Shown in pieces: positions 24,997-35,000 of a DNA stretch of 56,051 nucleotides. How positions within the stretch are numbered: position 1 is the stretch's first letter; every line of letters begins with the position of its first letter. The notes under the pieces are model-generated. The model made no database searches, had not been told where the DNA came from, and saw only the letters and a list, made by a program, of their open reading frames with translations. The position numbers were made by a program, and so were the translations under genes. Source of the stretch: Macrostomum lignano (lineage: Eukaryota). The DNA lies in NCBI GenBank assembly GCA_002269645.1, contig NIVC01003525.1, positions 1 through 56,051 on the forward strand, in the 5' to 3' direction.

Positions 24997-25059
24997 GGGT
25001 AAACGGCAGGAGTAACTATGGTGTCTTATTTAGGCTAAATGCCTCGTCAGCTAATTAGT
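24997..25059 (+). pseudogene. Degenerate 28S rRNA fragment (domain IV, R2/I-PpoI target region)
   Basis: GGGTAAACGGCAGGAGTAACTATG..AAATGCCTCGTCAGCTAATTAGT versus the recalled 28S consensus GGGTAAACGGCGGGAGTAACTATGACTCTCTTAAGGTAGCCAAATGCCTCGTCATCTAATTAGT: two ~23-nt blocks with one mismatch each and a divergent middle. Flanks are not rDNA. Confidence 0.75.
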
Positions 25060-26386
25060 ACCACGTCTGTATTTGGGGTGGGCATTTTCGCTACTTTGTC
25101 TACCACAATTTACAGTGGCCAGATCGGCCAGGTCGGCCAACAGTTGCGCATGTATGTTCAAGACAAGATAGGGCCTATTGTCAACTGTTGTATTGACATT
25201 CTTTTCATTTAAAAAAGGCAGTGCTTATTTAGTCGGCACTGGCCGAATAAGTTTGCTACTATTTAGCCGGCAGGCATATTCAGGAAGGTGGCCTCTGAGG
25301 GGGAAAATTCCAGCGCACACAAAGGGTCTCGGCGCACATTGGCGCACAAGCGCGGCGCACACAAAGGGTCTCAGCACACATTGGCACACAAGCGCGGCGC
25401 ACACAAAGGGTCTCAGCACACATTGGCGGTTGGCGCACCCACACTCTGGATCATGTAGTATATGCCCGAAAATTCGGGCGTGCATTGGCCTTGCACGCCA
25501 AAATTAGGTGTGCACAGTTGGCGTGCATCACTCCTAAGAAAAAAATATGCGTGCACACCTGGCGTGCACTTTATAGAATCACGCGTAAGAGTTATTGTAA
25601 AGTAGAAAAAAGATGAAAAAGTTCATTTTTAGGCGCAAATTTCAAGCTTTTCAGTTTTTTCCAGCTCGTAAAAGAGTATTTAAACAAATCTTTGCATGTA
25701 TAAACTTTCCATTGTAAATAGTATTGCCAAAAAAGCTTTAAAAGCAACAAGATTATCTAATAATAAGGGTCTCTTGTGCAATTTAAAAAAAGGTCTTTTA
25801 TTGTCACAATGAAAAAAAGGTCATTTATTGTCGCAACACTGGCATATTTTTGAGAATGGGCATGTACTAATTTTTTTTTGGCATGCAGTAGTAATTATTC
25901 AATTTTTTAATAACGGCGCACAGAGGGCGCACAGATGGCGCACAGATGGCGCATAGATGGTGCACAGATGGCGCACAGACGGCGCACAGATTGTCCCTCT
26001 AAAATTTATTCCGGTGCACACTCTGCCACCTTCTTGACTATGGGCCAGCAGTCCTGCCCCACTGCCAGTCAAATAGCTTGTTACTATTTAGCCGGCAATC
26101 CTAGCCCCCAATGGCCACGCCATTATATATATTTATTCGAGATATTTAAACTTTGGGCAATTCAAAGTAGGTACAGTGAATATAAATCAATGCAGATTCA
26201 GTACAATTTATTACTTGCCTTCAAGTTTGTTTAATTGTTTCTGGAAGTCTTGCATATTCCGGAAATTATTTGAAGCAATAGAAGACACATAAACAAAATA
26301 AAAATTAATTATGCATGTTTTACTTTCACTTTAATCTCTAAATCAAAACCACTCATTAAAGTCAAAAAACCACTGCAAACACCTTT

Positions 26387-28666
26387 GAACGTGGGGAGAC
26401 CAGTTCAGCCTGTGGTCCAGGGTAATACCCAGACATTTAGTCTGCTTGCAGAAGGGGATTTCCCTTCCGTAAAGCGTGAGCGGCCGAATCTGCCACTTGG
26501 TCCTGCTGGTGAACATGATCGCTGCGGTCTTAGTCTCAGAGAGCCTTAAACCACAGCGGTCCGCCCATTGCTCAGCAGCGTAGATGAAGTTCTGAAGAAG
26601 GTCCCTGAGGGTATCAGGGGACGGACCAGATGCCACCGCGGTGACATCGTCCGCATATCCAACTTTCAGAATGGGGTCAGGCCGAACATCCCGGAGGAGC
26701 TCATCAATGACCATATTCCAGAGAACTGGAGACAGCACCCCACCTTGCGGGCTACCTTTGCAGACGGGGACCGTCCTCTGGTAGCCCAGCAGACTGGCGG
26801 TGGCCGTGCGATGGCTGATCATGTACATGATCCATCTGGTGAGATGTGAGTGCGTTAGCCTCTCACAAAGAGCTCTTCGGAACGCCTCAAAGAGGACGTT
26901 ATCGAAGGCGCCAATGATGTCCAGGAAGATCCCCAGAGCAAAGCCACTACCAAGCACGGCCTTCTCGAGTTTATCGACCAGGACGTGCAGCGCGCTTTCA
27001 GTGGAGCGACCCGCCCGAAAAGCGTGCTGGTTCTCGCTGAGAGGTTTGTTCTTCAGCTCAACAGAGAGAAGGCGCCAAAGCACCAGTCTCTCCATCAGCT
27101 TGACCAGGGAGGAGGTCAAGCTGATCGGTCTGAAGGATTTGATAGAATGGTAGTCCGGGCGGCCTGGCTTAGGGATAAAGATCACCTTTGCCTCGGTCCA
27201 TGCCTGCGGGACATAACCAAGCGTGATGCATGCCCGAAGAAGGCTGCAAAGTTTGCGCAGGAAGCCTGGGCATTTAACCGCCTCTCTTAGAAGGGCCGGT
27301 ACAATGCCGTCGGGTCCTGGGGCTTTGAAAGGCTTGAAGGAATTTGCCGCTCTCACAATGCGGTCCTCCGTGATGATAGATGCAGCCAGCGCGTGACCTC
27401 CCTCCGAGTGATCCGGAGTGGTCTGGTTAGCTGGCTCGTTAGGGAAAAACGCAGTGAGCATTACATCAAGCGTTTCCCCTGGGTTGTCCGTGGACGTACC
27501 GTCGGTGCGTTTGACCGAGGAGAGCTTAGACATTTTGTCCAGCGTGAGCGCTTTCACAACTCTGGAGGTGGGGCGTGAGCCCTCTAGCTCCTCACAGTAT
27601 TGTCGCCATTTTTGAGCCTTTGCATTCCTAACCTGCCTTTTAAACTCATGAATTGCTTCATGATAGGCGGTTTGGTCTGCAGGGCTCTTAGTTTTAGTTG
27701 CTCTGCGGTGGAGTCTCTTAGCCCTGCGACGGAGGTTGCCGAGCTCGGGATTCCACCACGGCGCCAATTTTTTCCCTTTATAGGCTTTTAAAGGGCAGGA
27801 CGCCTCAAAGGCGGCGGTTAGCGTCTCTGTCAAAACAGTCGCGCACTCATCCGCCTCTCGGCACGACGTGATCGTGGATGGTTGGCCAGGAGACCGATGG
27901 AATTCCTTCAGGGCGAGCCCGAAGGTTTCCCAATCCGTATTTCTGGCGTTCCGTCTCCACATAACACGAGTTGCGCTACGCGCGGCCATTAGGTTGAAGG
28001 AGATGAACTTGTGATCCGATAGTGAGGACACTGGAAGCACCCGCCACGCCCCAATACTCTGGTAGAGTCTGGGCGTTGCGAGCGTAGCGTCGATCACCTC
28101 CGACCACCGTCCGTTGTCAAAGGTAGGGGTGGACCAGAGTTGCAGAACTCGAGGGTCGTAGAGGCAACGTAGGCTAGGAGGTCTTCGCCTCTCTGATTAA
28201 TGCCAGTGCTGCCCCAGTGAGTGTGGTGGGCGTTGATGTCGCCGGCAACCATGAGCTCGTAGTTTTTGGCAGAGCAGAGCTCTACCAGCGTAGCGAGGGC
28301 TCTGGGGACGACCGCAGCATCGCCTGGTAGGTAAACCGAGGCAATGAGGGTGGTCTTCCCAGGAAGAAGGTCCTCGGATTGGATGACGCAGATGTCCCTG
28401 TTGGACAGGTCCGATCTGAGCCACGCACTGAGCGTTTTGCTCGCAAAGATGCAAGCTCTGGGAGGCTGGTTGGCCTCGCGAGGGTAAGTATAAAAACAAT
28501 TGTAGCCAGCAGGGGCGTTTTGAGGCTTACCTCTGAGAGTCCAGGGTTCCTGGACGAGGATGAGCCCCGGCTTGTCGAGCTCGGCGTAACGCATAAGGTT
28601 GACCGAGGCTGCGACGCAGTGCTGCAGATTAATCTGCAGGCAATGGATTCCCTGGTTGCTGATCAT
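26387..28666 (-). pseudogene. LINE ORF2, N-terminal part: AP endonuclease plus reverse transcriptase, frameshifted
   Basis: APE motifs QINLQH, LVQEPW, ASVYLP, GDINAHH..WGS, SDHKFI. RT motifs KAPGPDG, FRPISLTS, QHAFR, DIIGAFDN, PQGGVLSPVLWN, YADD, LGITLD. A 1-nt deletion near 28133 shifts NSG-(S)TPTFDNGRWSEVID. Confidence 0.9.
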
Positions 28667-28808
28667 TATCACGCAGTTGGGGAATCGTTGAGCAGGTCAT
28701 CCTCCTCCTTTTCAGTGGTGGGTGACCCGCAGACCTCCATGGGAGTTTCAGCGTCCTCAGCAGTTAGGGTGGCTGTGGAGTCCTCCGCGGACGTGAGCCC
28801 AGCGTGGA

Positions 28809-30232
28809 CGCCAAAAGCCAAAAAGGCCTTCGCAGTCCTCGCGCAATTGCGCAGGGCCGTCGGCACCACCTGGGGGCTCACCCCCAAGCGCCTCTGGTGG
28901 ATCTACACTGCAATGGTTAGGCCCGCTATCTCGTATGGCGGCCTGATCTGGGCTAGCGCCCTGCAGATAAAGACCTGTCTAGAGGCTCTCAGGAGAGCGC
29001 AAGGGCGCGCTTGTCGCACGATCATGAGCGCCCCTCCGTCTGCTCCTTACGATGGCCTCAACGCCTTCCTCAACATTCCTCCCCTGGACATCTTTGTCCG
29101 CAGGGAAGCGGCTAAGACTGCCCGCCGTCTAGCTGACGCTGGCATTCGAATCCAGCCCCATAGGGCCATGGCTAAGCGCAAGCTTCTGCCCCACGCTGAC
29201 CTCTGCCTCAAGGACTTGAGAGACAGCGGCGGGCTCCACGTCCTATCTGACGGCGAACCCCGCACTCTCAACCTCTTTCAGCGCTACAAGGTCACCATCC
29301 CCTCTAGGGATGCTGCCAATGACCACTGGAATTTCCAGGAGGTCCATTGCTACACGGACGGATCCATCAAAGACGGTCGCGCCGGCTTTGGGGTCTGCAT
29401 CATCATCAACGGCCGCGTAATTGCCACGCATGCCCAGCACACTGGTAGACTCTCCACAGTCTTCCAGAACGAAGTCCTTGCCATCAGCTCTTGCGCTGCA
29501 GAGCTAAACGCCAAGGTTACGAGAGGAAAGACTATTGTCATCCACTCCGACAGCCAAGCGGCCTTACAGGCCCTTTGCCACACCACAACGAACTCCCGGA
29601 CAGTCGCCGACTGCGCCCGGCAGCTCAACCTCCTGGCCAGAAGCAATACTGTCAGGCTGAAGTGGATCCCAGGGCACGCAGGGTTTCCGGGGAACGAGCT
29701 GGCAGACACCCTCGCCAAGAGGGGCGGCTCTGGCTCTTTTTTCGGCCCTGCCCCCCTGGTCCCTATGCCCTTGACAGTCATCAATCGTCAGATCGACGAC
29801 TGGGCTGACTCCCTCCACAGGGACAGATGGGCGGGCACCCAAAACTGCCGGCAATCTCGTGCCGCGGTTCCTTGCCCGTCTCACAGGCTCAGAAACATCC
29901 TTCTGAACCAGAATCGGAAGGATATTCGAGCCCTTGTCATGACCCTTACCGGCCATGGCTACCTCGCCAGGCACTGCTTCCTCCGAGGCGACCTCGAGAG
30001 CGAAATTTGCCCCTTTTGCGAGTGCGACAATGAAGATGCTCAGCACTTTGTCTGTCACTGCCCTTTCTTTAACAGAGACCGGCTACGCTACCTCGGGCCG
30101 AACCCGTCCATTGACGAGGTTTGCCAGCCCGACAGCATCCCACGGCTCATCCAGTTCCTTCGGGCGACTAGACGAGCCAGTTTCTTCCCAACGGAAGATC
30201 ACGCTGCAGGACGGACCGGCGGACCACCCTGA
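28809..30232 (+). pseudogene. LINE ORF2, C-terminal part: post-RT region, RNase H, Zn knuckle
   Basis: KAKKAFAVLAQLRRAVGTTWGLTP; RNase H YTDGS..QNEVLAI..HSDSQAAL..WIPGH..GNELAD; CPFC..ED..HF..HC; stop at 30232. Confidence 0.9.
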
Positions 30233-32098
30233 CCGGCCCCACGCCTCTGCCTGTCTGCGGGCCTTCAGGGGCTAGCGGAATGGGCGACCCTCGCCTCCCC
30301 GCTGTGTCTACGGACCACCCTGCAGCTAAGTCAAGTCAAAGTCAAAGCAAACACCTTTAACTAAAAACTCCAAAATTGTAGTATAAATAATTAGCTTGTA
30401 GTATGTTAAATTATTAACTTAAGGTCATGACGAGCAGTGCGCAGTTATAAAATGTATAAATGTATTTTGACCAGCATGTCCATTGGGGGCCAGGATTGCC
30501 AGCAGTGGGGCGGGACTGCTGGCTAAATAGTGACACGATTATTTGACAGGTGCCAGCTAAATAGTAGCGAACTTATTCGACCAGTGCCGGCTAAATAAGC
30601 ACTGCCTTTAAAAAAATCCTGAATTTTTTATAGAAAATTCAGATAAGCCATTAGGCCTTATCCTTAAGGTTCAATAATTTTTTTTGCATGTCTACTTGGA
30701 GCAAAAAAAGAATTGCACTCTGAGCTAAGCATAAAATTGCACTTTTAAATTAGGTACAAGTGCAATTTTGTACTTTGCTTCTCTAGCAAAAAACTCAGAT
30801 CTTGTTTTGAATTTTGTCTTAGAAAAAAATTAGAATTTTAACAGCTTTAATTTTTAGTTACAGATAAAAGCTATAATTGAAAATGCTATACAAAAGAATT
30901 GTTTTGCACATAGGGTTTAATGTTCAAAGGCTTTTTATAATATGAACAAAGATAATTGTTAGTAATATTATAGGCCTAATAATTTTTATGGCACTTAAAT
31001 AATATAGTGATCTCATTACCATATAAATAGTGAAATGGTTATTTTTATGGTCAACATATAAAACAAATATCATCTAAGTTTTAGATAGTATCATTTAAAT
31101 ATATAGTACAAACAAACTTTTTTTGATAAGAATAGTTTCAGCGTATGGTGCTAACTTTTTTGATTGGATTTGTTTTGGTGCAGGCATGCTATGATCCTGA
31201 CTATGGGCTCTTAGTAGGATCTTCAGTCTGTTTACCACAAGTTAAAAAGAATACAACCAAAAATGGAAATCTCTAGTCCAAAAATCTAAAATAGCATAAA
31301 AAGTAGGGATTTATATCTTTTAAATTAAAGAACTCTTTAAGAAAATTAGAAAAATATAGAATATGTTAAAAGCAGTGAAGCTAAACATTGTACATTTTTA
31401 CGTATATATAAATTGATGCCAGAAAACACAACTTAAAATGAATTCATTTTTCATGTTAAAATAGCTATTTTAATAAAGTTTAATGATATAGATGCAAAGT
31501 TAGATATGCAATGACTCTGCTTTTGGCTGCCTTTGACTGTTGTGTTACTAAGTATCCTATCGCTATCACCAGTGTTGTGCTTGGCTTTCTAGCTTCTGTG
31601 ATGGGATAGACTGCTATCATCCGAAGCAACCTTGCTAAGTATACTTGTGGAGGCTGAGACTGAGGAGAAATCTAAGATCAAGAGTAGTGCTGCCACCAGT
31701 GTGGGAACCATAGGATCCACAATGAAGGGGTCTGTTTGGGTTCTTCACAAATAAATAATGCTAGAACAACTAGTCTTAGATATTTCAATGTCCAAATGAT
31801 AGGACATCTTATTATTTACAGTGAATGCTAATTACTTAAATGGGATAGTATCTTTTGTATAACCTTGACCCTTCTGCTAAGTCATTGTAACAATAATAAT
31901 TGCTATAAATAAAAACCATAAAAGAAAGCTATTTATCTACTTATATATTTATGCTACTTATCTAAGGAGTAATTATCTAAGAATATATATAGTTGTGGTT
32001 ATAGAGCATAAAGTTATAATAAAAAGTTTCTTTTGAAGCTATTGTACTATGAGATGGATTTAATTGTATTTATTTATCATCATGATTCAATTCATGCA

Positions 32099-35000
32099 AT
32101 GATTGGGAATGGAGGAATTCCTATACAGAGTCTGGCTGGCATCACAAGCCTTACTGACAGTAAGTAATTTGTTTATGAGTCTGGTTACCCTTTTAATATG
32201 GTCCTAATCATTCAACTGCTTGTTCCCATCACTTGAATCTTCCCTAATAATCATTATTAGGATTTCTTAAATGTCCTAAAAATCCTAAGCAGCCATGATT
32301 TTAAAATTCCCCAAAATCCCAGTTACTTGTGCTATTCTATTATAATAAAAGATCATGGTACCTTGAGAATCCACACTCGCCATCACAAATCCACGAGTTT
32401 CCCATTAAGGAATCCTATAGGGAAACTCAGCCACTCATACTACCGGAATTCCCCATGGAGAATCCCAGCCACTTATAATCCCGTAATTCCCCCATTGGAA
32501 ATCCCATCTGCTCAATCGCAGAATGAGAATCTCCCATGGGGAATCCCAGCCACTTATAATCCCGAAATTTCCCATGGGGAATCCCAGCCAGTCATAATCC
32601 CAGAATTCCCCATGGGGAATCCCAGCCACTCATAATCCCGGAATTCCCTATAGGGAATCCCAGCCAATCATCATAATCCTAAAACTTCCTACGGCAATAT
32701 AGAATAAGCCTTCAATCTACTGTGGAAATTAAACAAACCCGCACTACTAACAGTAGTACACTATCGATTATCGCCCGCAGTCTTGCCCGAGCTGCCGCTG
32801 CCCAGGCCTGTCCAGTCCAGTCTATCGCGCCAGCAGTCCCTGTACTACAGCCAGCGAGTTGGTCAGCAGGCCGAGCAGCAGCTGGCCCAGGGGCGCGGCA
32901 ACATGCGCCTGTTAGAGAGCATCGGCTGGGCCCTCACCCAGACCGACACTTCATCTATCGAGCTCAAATCCGATCAATGCGCCGCTGCCGCACCGCCGGC
33001 TCTGTTCCAGGCCGTTTTGGCGCAGAATACCCGCCGATTTGAGAAGCGGCCCGAGTTCGCTCCCTACTGCCAGTCCTTGCTGGCTAACGGAGCCGGCGGT
33101 CGGGCAGCGGAAGACGCCGGTGTCGGGGGCGGCGGAGCCCCGCCAGTCTCGGGGTCGGCCACGTCGGGGCTAGTCGATGACGCCGAGCCGGACCAGGACC
33201 AAGAAGAGTCTGGCAAGCGGGAGAAACACCGGCACAAGAAGAAAAAGCGCAAGAAAGAGCGCGAGCGTCGCTCGTCTTCTTCTACAAGGGACGACACGAA
33301 CGAGACCAATCCGAGCACCTCGACGACACCGTCGGGAGCCTCGGGCCAGGTGACGGTGGTCAGCCGGGAGGGCATCAAGATCAAGCTGAAGCTGCCGTCA
33401 CCCGTGGTGAAGCCAATCAGGATTGAGAATCCCGCTTCGGAGCGGCCCGCGATTGTCTCCGACGATGTCGCCGAAGACTCCGTCGCCGCCGTCGGGGAGG
33501 CGGCGGACGCTGAAACGGCTTCGGTGTCCCGGCAGCATAAGAAAGAGAAGCGCAAGAAGCACAAGAAAGACAAACGGAAACGCAATGAAGTTGATTCAGA
33601 GCCGGGCGGTGATGCTTTGCAGCAACAGCAGCACCCACCGCTGCAGCCGCTCACACTGTCGATGCCTCAGTCGGCTGCTGCTGCACCAGCGTCTTCATCG
33701 CTAACTCCTGGCGGACTCAACGCTTTGGACTCGCCGGGCTTCTCCCGCCAGCAGCAGCAATCGAAGCTTCAGGAGTTATTAACGAGGCCAAGGCCTGCTC
33801 AGCAGACTCCTCAAATGCCTCCCCAGCATCCGCCTCCTCCTCATCAGCAGCCGATGCAGCCGCCGATGCCTCATCAACAGCAGCAGCAACAAACAAATTA
33901 TCCTCCTTCCCAGCCTCCGATGCCTCATCATCATCATCCTCAGCAGCAGCAACAGCAGCTTCCTATGTACGGGTCGCCAACCCAGATGCCTATAATGCCG
34001 CCAATGCAGCAGCAGCAACCGCCGCCGCAGGTGTCCACAGCTCTCCCAGCCTCCCTATTCGATAACCTGCAGCTGCTGCCAGGCTTCCTGGCTGGTCCTA
34101 GCGGGGCCGACGTGCTGCCGGAGATCGGGGAGAACTGGCCCGACCAGCCCACCCTGTCCTATCCCAATCTGGGCGAAGTTTCCTGCGGCGCCGGCGGCGG
34201 CTATCCCGGCGGTGACAGCTCCGGGTTCCCCTTCCTGCCGCAGCTTCCTATCGGGGCTTCGTCTCCGCATCATCTGCATCATCATCAGATGCAGCAGTCC
34301 GTTGCCACACCGCAGCTGTCAATGCAACCGCCGCCGCCTCCTCAGCAGCAGCCAATGCCGCATCCGCATCATCTCAGCGGCGCTGGCAGCGGCAAGGGCG
34401 GCAAGCCAGCCTCCGTCACTGGCGGCGGCTCGTCGACTCGAAAATCCAAACGCGGCGGCGGCGGTGGCGGCACTCGTCGAGGTGGCGGAAGGTCGCGCGG
34501 CGGCGGCGCCGGTGGCGACCCAGTCAGCAGCGAGGTGCGCAACCTCATGGACTGGCGCGTGCGCGACAAAACTGGCGGCGCCTCGACTGCGGCAGACGGC
34601 GGCGACTCCATGGACGCCGACGAGTCGTGGGACTCGCGGCTGGAGCAGCACAACCGGTCTCTGGCTGGCCGGTTCAAAAACTCGCGCCGGCTCGCCGCTC
34701 AGCAACAGCGCGGCAACATGCAGAACATGCCGGACTATCTGGAGAGTGACGACGAGGACGATGGAGAAGGCGGCGGAGCGTCGAAACGGCAGCGGCGCGA
34801 CTCCGACGAGGATTTTAAAGGTAGATGGTCGATGGACTGCGCAAGTGTTTTGACGATTTGCCGTTATTTTGATGTCAAATTTGGCGCCTATCTGATGTCA
34901 ATTTTGGCGCCATTCTGATGTCAGTTTTGGCGCCGATCTGATGTCAGTTTTGGCGTCATTCTGATGTCAGTTTTAGCTCCGATCTAGTGTCAGTTTTAGC

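Larger units (their letters stand above)
26387..30346 (+). mobile_element. Non-LTR retrotransposon (APE-RT-RNase H; Loa/R1/I-group-like), 5'-truncated with an inverted 5' segment
   Basis: 12-bp TSD GCAAACACCTTT at 26375-26386 and 30347-30358. Tandem tail (AAGTCA)n at ~30328-30346. The 5' part is on the minus strand (26387-~28808) and the 3' part on the plus strand (~28809-30346). Confidence 0.9.
25217..30606. mobile_element. Mutator(MULE)-like non-autonomous DNA element (~1.4 kb without the nested LINE)
   Basis: ~55-bp TIRs GGCAGTGCTTATTTAG(T/C)CGGCACTGG(C/T)CGAATAAGTT(T/C)GCTACTATTTAGC at 25217 and inverted at 30552-30606. 9-bp TSD TTTAAAAAA at 25208-25216 and 30607-30615. Internal short arrays at 25310-25430 (~40-mer) and 25915-25990 (11-mer GCGCACAGATG). 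Confidence 0.8.

Noticed and set aside
28379-28808. N-terminal ~140 aa of the 617-aa plus-strand ORF
   Set aside because: It is the antisense of the inverted APE/ORF1 segment; real homology begins at KAKKAF (~28812).
26343-30232. Two independent head-to-head LINEs
   Set aside because: One TSD pair, one tail and complementary non-overlapping ORF2 halves indicate a single inverted insertion.
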